Below are positions 38,831 through 49,819 of a stretch of 64,000 bases of DNA, piece after piece (positions within the stretch are counted from its first letter, which is position 1; the number at the start of each line of letters is the position of its first letter). The translations under genes and the position numbers were made by a program. The notes beneath the pieces were generated by a model that made no database searches, was not told the DNA's origin, and saw nothing but the letters and a program-made list of their open reading frames with translations. Source of the stretch: an uncultured Candidatus Binatia bacterium (GTDB lineage: Bacteria > Desulfobacterota > Binatia > Bin18); the NCBI GenBank assembly GCA_965214605.1, contig OZ243961.1, positions 3,936,001 to 4,000,000 of the forward strand, given 5' to 3'.

Positions 38831-39505
38831 TCACGTTTTCAGGTCTTGTACCTGCCGTCTGAGCGAGGCTAGCTCGTCATGCAGCTCCTGCAGCGGACCC
38901 GACAGATAGCTCTCGACCGCCTCTTTGACAAAATTCTCAATGTACTTGCCCTGCATATCGGTCTCGATATTGACCCGGTCGCCGGGCTTACGGTGTTTGA
39001 GGGTCGTGACCTGGTAGGTATGGGGAATGATCGCGCAGGTGAAGGACGTTGGCTGGCAGTTAAAAACCGTCAGACTGATGCCGTCCACGGCAACTGAACC
39101 CTTTTCGACCAGATAGCGGCTCAGCTCACGGGGAACCTCAAACGTGTACAGAAACGAATCCCCCTCGGCCTGAATTGAGGCAACCGAGCCTAGGCCGTCA
39201 ACATGGCCAAAGACGAGATGGCCGGATAAACGGTCCTCTAGTCGCAGTGAGCGCTCAAGGTTGACGGCCGAGCCCGGCCTCAGGTCGCCCAGGTTGGTGC
39301 GCCGCAGCGATTCGGCCGAGACCTCAAAGCTCAGGCCCGAGTCGCCGACGACCGTCACCGTTAAGCAGGTCCCGTTTACACAAATACTTTCCCCAAGATC
39401 GACCTCGGCCACGGGCAATGCGCTCGACAGCGTGAGCCGCACCCCCTCGGCAATTTCGTCAATCTGGATAATCGTGCCGCTCGTTTCAATAATACCGCTA
39501 AACAT
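38831..39505 (-). CDS. ribE: Riboflavin synthase
   Basis: MFSGIIE, SICVNGTCLTV, GHLVFGHVDG, KGSVAVDGISLTV. Confidence 0.95.
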   Translation of the reverse strand: MFSGIIETSGTIIQIDEIAEGVRLTLSSALPVAEVDLGESICVNGTCLTVTVVGDSGLSFEVSAESLRRTNLGDLRPGSAVNLERSLRLEDRLSGHLVFGHVDGLGSVASIQAEGDSFLYTFEVPRELSRYLVEKGSVAVDGISLTVFNCQPTSFTCAIIPHTYQVTTLKHRKPGDRVNIETDMQGKYIENFVKEAVESYLSGPLQELHDELASLRRQVQDLKT

Positions 39506-39595
39506 AAGATGCCGTGCCAAGGGTTTGAAGGAACGAGTGAGGGCAAAGACACCTCTCCCTGTTCCGGTGGGTCTACAGTTTTACTCTTTGCCTTT

Positions 39596-40213
39596 TTATC
39601 CCGCCGCCTGGACACTCGGGCGGTCTTGCAGCCGTTTGAGCCATGACTCGACCCTGGGGTGAGGGAGCGCAACCTTGAGCATCGGAAACAGGAGTGACCA
39701 GGAAACATAGGGGATATCGGCCAAGCTGAAGCCCGAAGATAAGAGGTAGTCCTGGTTGCCTAGCTCTTGGTCGATTTTGTCAAGGCAGACGTTAAGATCG
39801 GTCGTCGCTTGATGCACAAGCGCGTCATCAGGGCTGGCGCCCTGCATCGGCTTGAAGATAATTTCTCCGGCCAAGGTCGCAATAGCGCTTTCGTACGGAT
39901 TGTCGGCGTAGTGCATGAGGACACGCGCCCGGGCGCGTTGGCCGGGGTCTTGGGGCAGTAGGGCTGGATCTGGGTAGGTATCATTTAAGTATTCCATAAT
40001 AATGGTCGACTCGTACACCGTTGTCCCGTTGTCCTGGAGCGCTGGCACCTTGCCGTAGGGGTTGATGGCCAGATATGCGGGTGTTTTTTGCTCGCCTTTG
40101 GTGATGTCAATGTTGACCTTTTCGTACTTCAGCCCCTTTTCTGCCAGCACGATGCGGACCTTGCGGACCCGCGGAGACATGGGGAAATCGTACAGCTTGA
40201 TGGTGTTGGACAT
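39596..40213 (-). CDS. Glutathione S-transferase family protein
   Basis: INPYGKVPAL, YESTII.EYL, FSLADI. Confidence 0.93.
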   Translation of the reverse strand: MSNTIKLYDFPMSPRVRKVRIVLAEKGLKYEKVNIDITKGEQKTPAYLAINPYGKVPALQDNGTTVYESTIIMEYLNDTYPDPALLPQDPGQRARARVLMHYADNPYESAIATLAGEIIFKPMQGASPDDALVHQATTDLNVCLDKIDQELGNQDYLLSSGFSLADIPYVSWSLLFPMLKVALPHPRVESWLKRLQDRPSVQAAG

Positions 40214-40284
40214 CGACACCTCCTTCTTTCCGTTGGAGTTTTTCGACGAGCTCGCGATCGCGCGTGGCAAAATACTCTTCCGCC

Positions 40285-40572
40285 TTACCTCTGTCGTGAA
40301 GTTGGGTGCCCAAACGGTCCTCGTCGTCCATCCGGGTGCTCCCTTTTTGATTGGGCGCGTCGGATGAGGGATTGACCTGTTTTCTTGATGCGGGTGTACA
40401 GCCGGTCGGCCCAGTGGAACTCCGAACTCAGCAGGCCTAGGCCTAAGATAACCACAACGATGCCGGGGCCCGGAATGCCCGGTAGACTAAGAAGGCCGCC
40501 GACCACGACGAGCGCAATCCCGCCGACCACCCGACACCCCCGCCACACTAGAGTACGCGCCCGACGGATCAT
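40285..40572 (-). CDS. PGPGW-domain small membrane protein
   Basis: LPGIPGPG...GLGLLSSEFHWA. Confidence 0.8.
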   Translation of the reverse strand: MIRRARTLVWRGCRVVGGIALVVVGGLLSLPGIPGPGIVVVILGLGLLSSEFHWADRLYTRIKKTGQSLIRRAQSKREHPDGRRGPFGHPTSRQR

Positions 40573-40647
40573 AGTACCGACCCGTGCCGGAGTGAGCGGG
40601 AAACGGCGGGCGTGGGAAAGAGCAGGAGGGCAGGTGTAGAGGTCGGT

Positions 40648-40992
40648 TTAGAGGTCATCGGTGATCTTCCCGCTCCGGGCTTTTTCCACGGTTTCTTCAA
40701 ACTGCGAACCTAGATCGACCCCCATCTCCTTGGCTCGTTTCTTTGCCCACAGACCGACGTTGCGAGAGTCACGGTAGAAGGATTCGTCCCGGGTAGCACT
40801 AGTATCAAGGTCTTGGAGGCGACTCGCCTCGCTCTGATGATAGGCAAAACGAGACAGGATGCGGCTGAGCCGAGGTTTGCCGCACCACTGACACATGGCC
40901 GTCCGTTCCTCAGTCTCTGCCTCGGCTAAACTGAGGAAGAGCAGACTCTGAGTTTTGTGACACGCTTGGCAGAGGTAGTCGTAAATCGGCAT
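40648..40992 (-). CDS. FmdB-family zinc-ribbon protein
   Basis: MPIYDYLCQAC...CQWCG...LSRILS. Confidence 0.85.
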   Translation of the reverse strand: MPIYDYLCQACHKTQSLLFLSLAEAETEERTAMCQWCGKPRLSRILSRFAYHQSEASRLQDLDTSATRDESFYRDSRNVGLWAKKRAKEMGVDLGSQFEETVEKARSGKITDDL

Positions 40993-41085
40993 CGGTTTCT
41001 TCCTCTATCACACCTGACGCGGTGGTGCTATAAGAAGCTCGCTCAGTCCGGCACGCAAAAAACCTCCGCTAGTGTCTCTACCCAC

Positions 41086-41829
41086 ATGATTCCACTTGGG
41101 TCAACGATTCCTTTGCAGCGCACGCCGTGGGTGACCTACACTGTGATGGTGACCTGTATCGGCCTGTTCGGCTATGAATTGTACCGGCAGCACAGCGGTC
41201 TTGATCTGGATGCTTTTTTTGTCAGCTATGGCTGGGTTCCGGCCGAGTTCTCTGCAGCCATTGAGCAGCGCCAATTCCCGCGTCTCTTGCCGCTTCTCAG
41301 CAGCATTTTCTTACACGGCAGATGGACCCATTTAATGGGCAACTTGTTTTTTCTGTACATTTTTGGGCGGCATGTTGAGGAGCGCCTAGGCGCTGGCCGC
41401 TACGCCGCCTTCTTCTGCTTCGGCGGGGTGGTGGCCATGCTGGTGCAGACCTCTGTTGCACCTTTTTCTGTTGTCCCGATGATCGGGAGCAGCGGTGCTA
41501 TTGCCGCGCTAGCCGGGGCCTACTGCGTTTTCTATCCGACCGAGCGCGTCCTGACGGTCATTCCGCCTCTCTTTCAGGTCGTCCGAGTTCCGACCCTTGG
41601 CTATTTGCTGGCCTGGCTGGTCTTGTTGCTCACCTCTGAGTTATACCTCGTCGCCCGCGACGAACAGCTAATGACATGGGGGGCACATGTGGGGGGATTT
41701 GTGGCTGGAGTCGTCTTTGGCCCGCTGTCTTTGGCCCTCAAGCGTCGGCGGCTGTACAAGAAACGGGCCCAGTCCTGGCGTCCGGCCTCTCCCTTTATCT
41801 TGGAGAACTCGCGGTCCGGCTGGCGTTAG
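41086..41829 (+). CDS. Rhomboid family intramembrane serine protease
   Basis: FLHG.W.HL.GN, IGSSGA, AHVGGF. Confidence 0.9.
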   Translation: MIPLGSTIPLQRTPWVTYTVMVTCIGLFGYELYRQHSGLDLDAFFVSYGWVPAEFSAAIEQRQFPRLLPLLSSIFLHGRWTHLMGNLFFLYIFGRHVEERLGAGRYAAFFCFGGVVAMLVQTSVAPFSVVPMIGSSGAIAALAGAYCVFYPTERVLTVIPPLFQVVRVPTLGYLLAWLVLLLTSELYLVARDEQLMTWGAHVGGFVAGVVFGPLSLALKRRRLYKKRAQSWRPASPFILENSRSGWR

Positions 41830-42578
41830 CTGCTCCGCGGCAGTGTGGTATGCAGGTAGACAGACACGGCCGCGTAGTACAGCGGATAGGCCAGCGACAC
41901 GCCCAGCAGCCATGGGTTCGGTCTTGGTAATTGCCAGATAAGCATGCCTAATAGCACCCCCCACACCACCCCGAGTCCGTTGGTCAGGCGGCGGAACTGT
42001 ACAGTTCGGGAGGGGTAGACATAGCGCATGGGAACAAAGACAAGGGCGACGCACAGACACACCAAGCCGGCGCTCAGCCAGGCTGGGGTCTGGGCGGCGT
42101 ACAGATAAAAGACCACGATATTCCAGTACGACGGAAAACCACTAAAGAAGAAATCGGCTGTTTTAGCCTGGGCCTGACAGAAGCCATAACCGCTGGCCAT
42201 TAGTATGAGGGCGGCAAGAGGTAGGCTGGCTGAGGCCGGCATGAGGTGGAATTGGTACGCAAACATGACAGGCACGACGACAAAGGTAAAATAGTCGACG
42301 AGGTCGTCAAGTTTGGCCCCGTCGAACCACGGTATGAGCTGTTTGACCCTTACGGCTCGGGCCAGCATCCCGTCTGTGGCATCAACTAGCACCGCGAGGA
42401 GCATCCATCCAAACGCCTCCCGTGGCCGCCCGGCCACGATCGCCCGCAGGGCTAGGAAGCCAATCACAAAGCCTGAGGCCGTATAGACGTGGACTGCCCA
42501 GGCTGCGGCGTACTGCAAGGCTGAGAAAGCAAGCTGGCGACCCTCAGCCGAGTCGCTGGGGACTGAGGCTTGGTTCAT
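41826..42578 (-). CDS. pcs: Phosphatidylcholine synthase-like CDP-alcohol phosphatidyltransferase
   Basis: VHVYTASG, DATDG.LAR, DGAKLDDLVDY, FSGFPSYWN, YVYPSR. Confidence 0.8.
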   Translation of the reverse strand: MNQASVPSDSAEGRQLAFSALQYAAAWAVHVYTASGFVIGFLALRAIVAGRPREAFGWMLLAVLVDATDGMLARAVRVKQLIPWFDGAKLDDLVDYFTFVVVPVMFAYQFHLMPASASLPLAALILMASGYGFCQAQAKTADFFFSGFPSYWNIVVFYLYAAQTPAWLSAGLVCLCVALVFVPMRYVYPSRTVQFRRLTNGLGVVWGVLLGMLIWQLPRPNPWLLGVSLAYPLYYAAVSVYLHTTLPRSS

Positions 42579-42960
42579 ACAGGACCTGGATCAGATTGCC
42601 GTCCGGGTCCTTGCAGTATAAGGACCGGCTCCCGTCGCGGTGGGTTCGTGGAGCGGTAACAACGGAGACTTGCCGGGCGGCCAGCACCTCGGCCGCCCGG
42701 TCAACATCGCCCGGCTGGGCCACCACAAAACCAAAATGGTCAAGTCGCTGCCCTGCCGCCTGACCGGCATGCGGCCCGGGCAAGGCCCGGTGCAGGGCTA
42801 GATTGTCGCAGCCGGACGACAGATAGGCATTCTCGGCGTCGGGCTGCCAGACGACCCGCATCCCGAACAGAGCGGTGTAAAAGGCGACCGAGGTCGCAAC
42901 ATCGGCAACGTTGAGTGCTACATGGCGCAGACCCCTGGTGGGAATGGCTGGTTCCGGCAT
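42544..42960 (-). CDS. VOC / glyoxalase family protein
   Basis: GLRHVAL, LDHFGF, SLYCKDPDGN. Confidence 0.9.
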   Translation of the reverse strand: MPEPAIPTRGLRHVALNVADVATSVAFYTALFGMRVVWQPDAENAYLSSGCDNLALHRALPGPHAGQAAGQRLDHFGFVVAQPGDVDRAAEVLAARQVSVVTAPRTHRDGSRSLYCKDPDGNLIQVLYEPSLSPQRLG

Positions 42961-42987
42961 TGATCTGCCCTCTCTGCTCATAGCCGC

Positions 42988-44145
42988 TCAGCGTTTTTTC
43001 AGCAGCAGATATAATTCGCCCTGCTCGGCCATGTAGCCGGCTTCGACCTGAGCGCCGCTGCCCCAGAAGATATCTGCCCGTCCGGGGCCGCTGATGGCTG
43101 CACCACTGTCCTGGAGCAGGACGAACCGGGAAAAGGGCTGCCAGGTCACTTCTTGGCGCGGACCGACTAGAGGTTTTCTGGTGTGGATAAACCCGAGCGC
43201 GCCGAGCGGATAGACACGTGGGTCAATAGCAATCGAACGTCCGGCTGTGAGCGGGCTGCCTAGGCTGCCGCGTGGCTCACCTCGGCTGGGTCGAAAAAAA
43301 ACGTAGCGTCGATTCTGGAAAAAGATCTCGCTCTGCTCTTCCGGATGGGTATACAGGTAGCGCTTGATAGCCGGGGTAGAAGTGTTGCCAGGTTGGAGCT
43401 TGTTCTGTTGGCGCAGATGTTTGCCGATACTGGTGTAGGTGTGTCCGTTCGTGCCGGCATAGCCGACCCGCAGACGCGATCCGTCTGTCAGCGCAATCTG
43501 TCCAGAGCCTTGGATATGCAGGAAGAAGAGGGCGACCGGATCATCCAGCCAGGCAATCTCAGCCCGCCTGTTGGCCAGTGCACCTTGGCCATCAATTTCG
43601 GCCCGGGTGAAGTAGGGCACGAACTGGCCGTTGGCCCAGCGGCCGATCCGCGGGGCGCTTTGGCCCGAGGCCGGGGCGAGTTCGACTAGGTCATCGGGCA
43701 GGCGGTAGAGGGGGTAGCAGTAGCGTTGGGTGCGGACCAAACTGCCTCTGAGCAGCGGCTCGTGGTAGCCAGTAAACAGCACTCGGGAGCTCGCCCGATA
43801 GATATCAAAGTCGCGCAGGACCGCGGCGGACAGATCTTCTTCGGTTTCTAGCAGGGTGTGGAAGTGTTGCAGGCTGGTACGGATGTCGGCCAGGCTGATA
43901 CGCTGAGAGCCAAAGACCATGGGGGCGGCCCCGGACCTGGGCCGCAGCACCGTGAGGCTGCGTCTCACCGCATACTTGAGAGAGGTCCGACTGAGGTCGT
44001 CGTACAGGGCCGGTGTGGTGTAGGCGGTGAGGCGGAAGAGGTTGGGTGGGGCTGCGTGGAGGGGGGGGAGGCAGACAAGAAGAGTCAAAAAGCAAATGAT
44101 GAATGGTAAAAGTACACTCCCTCTCAGCCGACTCCACATCTCCAT
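42988..44145 (-). CDS. mltA: Membrane-bound lytic murein transglycosylase A
   Basis: FTGYHEP, FFLHIQGSG, SIAIDP, QDSGAAISGPGRADIFWG; start uncertain. Confidence 0.9.
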   Translation of the reverse strand: MEMWSRLRGSVLLPFIICFLTLLVCLPPLHAAPPNLFRLTAYTTPALYDDLSRTSLKYAVRRSLTVLRPRSGAAPMVFGSQRISLADIRTSLQHFHTLLETEEDLSAAVLRDFDIYRASSRVLFTGYHEPLLRGSLVRTQRYCYPLYRLPDDLVELAPASGQSAPRIGRWANGQFVPYFTRAEIDGQGALANRRAEIAWLDDPVALFFLHIQGSGQIALTDGSRLRVGYAGTNGHTYTSIGKHLRQQNKLQPGNTSTPAIKRYLYTHPEEQSEIFFQNRRYVFFRPSRGEPRGSLGSPLTAGRSIAIDPRVYPLGALGFIHTRKPLVGPRQEVTWQPFSRFVLLQDSGAAISGPGRADIFWGSGAQVEAGYMAEQGELYLLLKKR

Positions 44146-44179
44146 CTTCATCCTCCTCCACCTCGGCGTTTTGATTTTC

Positions 44180-45367
44180 CTAGGTCTCATAGCCTTTCCG
44201 CGCTGCCTGTACTGCGGCGCCAGGCTGGCACGGATGGCCGTGTTGGCGCAAAATCGCTTCCAGAGATTCCAACAGGAACAAGACGTTTTCCTCAGAGCTG
44301 GACTCTCCCATGAGCCCAATCCGCCACACCTTACCCGCAAAATCGCCTAGTCCGGCGCCGATCTCGATATTGTAGTCGCTCAGCAGGGCACTCCGCACCG
44401 CGGCCTCGTCGATCCCGTCGGGTACGCTGACGCTGTTAAGCATCCACAACCGGTGGCCTTCCTGGGCGACCGGTTCAATGCCTAGGGCGCTGAGTCCGGC
44501 GGCTAAGACCTCGTGGTTGCGCTTATGGCGGGCGTGCCGGGCTGGCAGTCCCTCTTCTTTGACCAGGCTCAGGGCTTCACACAGGGCATAGGTCATCGAG
44601 ATTGGAGCGGTATGGTGGTAGACACGCTTGGCCTGCCCTTCGCTCCAGTAGTTGCCCAGCAGGCTGACGTCAAGATACCAGCTCTGGACCCGAGAGGTGC
44701 GTCGGCCAATGACATCTAGTGCGGCCTGACTAAAGGTCACCGGGGACAACCCCGGAGGACAACTTAAGCATTTCTGGGTGCCGCTATAGCAGGCGTCAAT
44801 GCCCCAGTTGTCGACCTCAAGCGGACAGCCGCCGAGCGAAGTGACGGCGTCGACTACAAAGAGGGCGCCAGCCTGGTGAATGAGGGGGGCCATGTCTTCG
44901 AGTGGCTGCCAGGCGCCGGTTGAGGTTTCGGCGTGGACTAGGGCGACGAACTTGGGCCGTCGGCAGCGGTCCAGGGCCTCTTGGACCTGTTCACGGCTAA
45001 AGACGTGGCCCCACTCTGCGTGCATCTCAAACGGAGTTGCACCGCAGCGCTTGGCAACCTCAACCATACGCATACCAAAGATCCCATTCACCCCAATGAT
45101 GACCTCATCGCCCGGTTCAATCAGGTTGACCAGACAGGTTTCCATGCCTGCACTCCCGGTGCCAGAGATGGGCAAAGTCATTCTGTTCTGGGTCTGAAAA
45201 ACAAACCGCAGCAGGTCTTGGGTGTAATCCATCAGTTCGACGAACTTGGGATCAAGATGGCCGACTAAGGGGGTAGACATAGCCTGGAGGACGCGCGGAT
45301 GGACATTACTAGGACCTGGGCCAAGCAGGACCCGTTGTGGGATGGATAGGTGACCAAGCCGTGCCAT
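44180..45367 (-). CDS. Alanine--glyoxylate aminotransferase family (class V PLP enzyme)
   Basis: LLGPGPS, HAETSTG, SGTQKCL, YHHTAP, WRIGLMG. Confidence 0.93.
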   Translation of the reverse strand: MARLGHLSIPQRVLLGPGPSNVHPRVLQAMSTPLVGHLDPKFVELMDYTQDLLRFVFQTQNRMTLPISGTGSAGMETCLVNLIEPGDEVIIGVNGIFGMRMVEVAKRCGATPFEMHAEWGHVFSREQVQEALDRCRRPKFVALVHAETSTGAWQPLEDMAPLIHQAGALFVVDAVTSLGGCPLEVDNWGIDACYSGTQKCLSCPPGLSPVTFSQAALDVIGRRTSRVQSWYLDVSLLGNYWSEGQAKRVYHHTAPISMTYALCEALSLVKEEGLPARHARHKRNHEVLAAGLSALGIEPVAQEGHRLWMLNSVSVPDGIDEAAVRSALLSDYNIEIGAGLGDFAGKVWRIGLMGESSSEENVLFLLESLEAILRQHGHPCQPGAAVQAARKGYET

Positions 45368-45528
45368 GATTCTCCTCTTATCGCTCAATGTGAACCTGTG
45401 TAGCCTAGCACGGACGGCTGATGAGGAAAAGCGCTGGGGGCCGGGCAAGGAGAGACACCGACGTGCTTTTTTGCTACAAGAGCGTCGCAAGAACAGGGCT
45501 GCGCCGCAGCCGCAAAGGAGGTCGAACG

Positions 45529-46578
45529 ATGCCGCTTCTCAACGGAATTGAGCTGAGTGTACTGCCCACCATGGGAGTGGGATCGTACGCCTCGCCGGGC
45601 TGGCTGACTGCGATGCGTCGAGCACTGCGGGCCGGTACCGCCGGACCGGCAGATCTGGAAGAGGCTATTCTTGATGCAGTCAGAGTTGCAGTGTGTGACC
45701 AGGAGGACGCCGGGCTCGACATTCTGAGCGACGGGGAAATCCGCCGCCAGCGTTTCCTGTGGAATGTGGTCGAAAAGCTGTCCGGTCTGAGAGTGGTTCC
45801 CGCCCAACGCAAGCTGGGGGTGATGAGTTATGACAGCGCGCCGCGTTTTGAGACGGTTGAGCGGGTCAGTGCGCCTGAAGGATTTGGCCTAGTCCAAGAG
45901 TATATGGATGTCCGTCAGCTGACACAAAAGCCCCTCAAGGTCTGCTGCCCAGGACCGCTGACGATTGTCATGCCGATTACCCCCAAAGGCGGCTATGAGG
46001 GCGATTATATGCCGCTGCTGTACGATTTGGCCGGGCTAGTGAACCGCGAACTCAAACAGGTGGTGGCCGCGGGAGCGACGTTTATCCAGATTGATGAGCC
46101 CTCGGCCGTTGGTCGTACGCCGGTGCTGCCGATTGAAGAAACGGTCGCCCTGTTTAATAAGACGGTTGAGGGCCTAGAGGCCAAAATCGCGTTGCACATC
46201 TGCTTTGGCAATAATCAGGGCCGACCAGCCATGAAACGTACCTACCGCCCGCTCTTTCCCGGCATTCTTGAGGCCAAGGCGGAGCAGTTTGCCCTCGAGT
46301 TTTCCAATCGGGAAATGTCGGAGGTCGAACTCTGGAGCGAGTTTGGTGGGGAGCGGGAGCTGGCCGCCGGTGTGATTGACGTGAAGTCCATGTATCTGGA
46401 GACGCCGGAAGATGTGGCTGAGCGGATACGGATTATTTTGCAGCACGTTGATCCCGAAAAACTGTATCTGACCTGTGATTGCGGCTTTTCGGCCTCATCG
46501 CGGGGGCTGGCCCGAGCCAAGCTGCACGCTCTGGTTGCCGGGGCCGAGATTGTGCGAAGAGAGTTGCGGAACAGCTAA
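45529..46578 (+). CDS. Cobalamin-independent methionine synthase II (MetE C-terminal-like) family protein
   Basis: VGSY, SDGE.RR, IQIDEP, HICFGN, DCG zinc-ligand motifs. Confidence 0.88.
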   Translation: MPLLNGIELSVLPTMGVGSYASPGWLTAMRRALRAGTAGPADLEEAILDAVRVAVCDQEDAGLDILSDGEIRRQRFLWNVVEKLSGLRVVPAQRKLGVMSYDSAPRFETVERVSAPEGFGLVQEYMDVRQLTQKPLKVCCPGPLTIVMPITPKGGYEGDYMPLLYDLAGLVNRELKQVVAAGATFIQIDEPSAVGRTPVLPIEETVALFNKTVEGLEAKIALHICFGNNQGRPAMKRTYRPLFPGILEAKAEQFALEFSNREMSEVELWSEFGGERELAAGVIDVKSMYLETPEDVAERIRIILQHVDPEKLYLTCDCGFSASSRGLARAKLHALVAGAEIVRRELRNS

Positions 46579-46725
46579 GGGCTGCGGATATCTCTGTTGT
46601 AGAAAATACCGGCGTTGCATGCGTATTTGGCTCGCGTCATTCGCGGCGTTAGATTCAGAGGAGGAGTGAGGATGCTGTCCTCACTTGACGCTAATCCGTA
46701 TATGACGAAGCTCCCTTACCTCACT

Positions 46726-46950
46726 GACTTCGAGCTCTGACGATCTCGGCTCACATCGGCTCACAGATGAGCAGTGCTCTTCGTTGCCCTGAGACAGATC
46801 GAAAGGCGGCGAAGTCCATTCACTAATGGCGTTCTGTAGAACCCACCCTCCACGAGAGGGTGTCAAACTTCAGGCTGAGATTGCTCGGTGTCGAAACAGG
46901 ATTGCGCGGGTGAGTCAGCCCGAGATCACGAGGAGGTGTCCCGAAGAGTC
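46726..46950. ncRNA. Candidate structured non-coding RNA of unknown family
   Basis: Nested long-range pairings closing a multibranch core, in a ~400-nt gap between convergent genes. Confidence 0.45.
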
Positions 46951-46980
46951 CCGCCTTTGAATACAAATAACCAAGGCGCC

Positions 46981-48873
<1,893 letters not shown>

Positions 48874-48918
48874 CTGCTCCCCCCCACCCCTTCAGCGCTT
48901 TGGTAGTTTTTAGCAGGG

Positions 48919-49725
48919 TTAGACACTGGACCGGGAAAGAAACTCCTTAAAGACAGCCAAAAAGGGCTCGCGGGCGGCCGTCACAAAGCCGTGGCCGGCA
49001 TTCTCGAAAAGGTGCAGCTCGGCGTTTGGAATCTCACGTGCCAGAATTTCGGAGTTGGCGGATGGAATCAGGACATCATCACGGCCGGTCGCAACCAAGG
49101 TCGGAGCGGTGATGTCTTTGAGCTGCCTGAACACGCGCAGGGTCATGGTTGCCTGAATATGGCGTTCATAGGCAAAGCGTGGCGTGACGTGGGTCAAGGA
49201 CTGCTGCAGGTGCGCCTCAAGTTCGTCGCGATGCTCACGAATATAGTTCTCTGAATAGGCCAGTTTCCAGGCTGCCCGGCCAGCTTCTTCCGGCGTCTGT
49301 CCCGCCCGGCCTTTGAGCGCCTCCATCGATTCCGGCGGAGCCGGCACGGAGTGCTTTCCGCCTGGCGTGGTACAGCCAAGGGTCAGGCTGGCCAGGCGTT
49401 GGGGGTAATGAATGGCCAGCTCTTGGGCGATCATACCGCCCATTGAGATCCCAAACACATGGGTTTTGGGAATGTTCAATCCATCGAGGAGTCCGACCGC
49501 GTCGCTGGCAAACAGTGCGATTGAGTACTCTTCATCGGGTTTGTCGGACTGGCCGGTGCCTCGATTATCATAGGTGATGATTTGGTGGCTCTCGGCCATG
49601 GCTTCGACAAATGGCTGATCCCAATTCGCGGCCGGTGAGCCAAGACCCATGATGAGCAAGAGGGGCTGGCCTTGGCCTTGAATGTCGTAGTGTAGCTGAA
49701 TCCCGTTGACGTGTGCGTATGGCAT
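48919..49725 (-). CDS. Alpha/beta hydrolase
   Basis: LLIMGLG, DNRGTG.S, GISMGG, AGHG. Confidence 0.92.
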   Translation of the reverse strand: MPYAHVNGIQLHYDIQGQGQPLLLIMGLGSPAANWDQPFVEAMAESHQIITYDNRGTGQSDKPDEEYSIALFASDAVGLLDGLNIPKTHVFGISMGGMIAQELAIHYPQRLASLTLGCTTPGGKHSVPAPPESMEALKGRAGQTPEEAGRAAWKLAYSENYIREHRDELEAHLQQSLTHVTPRFAYERHIQATMTLRVFRQLKDITAPTLVATGRDDVLIPSANSEILAREIPNAELHLFENAGHGFVTAAREPFLAVFKEFLSRSSV

Positions 49726-49819
49726 AAGCCCTCCTTCTATGACGCGGTCTTATAATCTTCAGTCAAAAAACGCCAGAGCCGTATTGCTGGGCCGACGGGA
49801 GAGGTATACATTTGCGGCT

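Noticed and set aside
46737-46900. CTGACGA resembling a hammerhead ribozyme core
   Set aside because: No GAAA directly after the closing helix, and no stem I/III arrangement found.
46726-46950. 6S RNA or riboswitch identity for the structured element
   Set aside because: Lacks the symmetric central bubble and usual gene context of 6S; not upstream of any gene; no recognisable riboswitch consensus.
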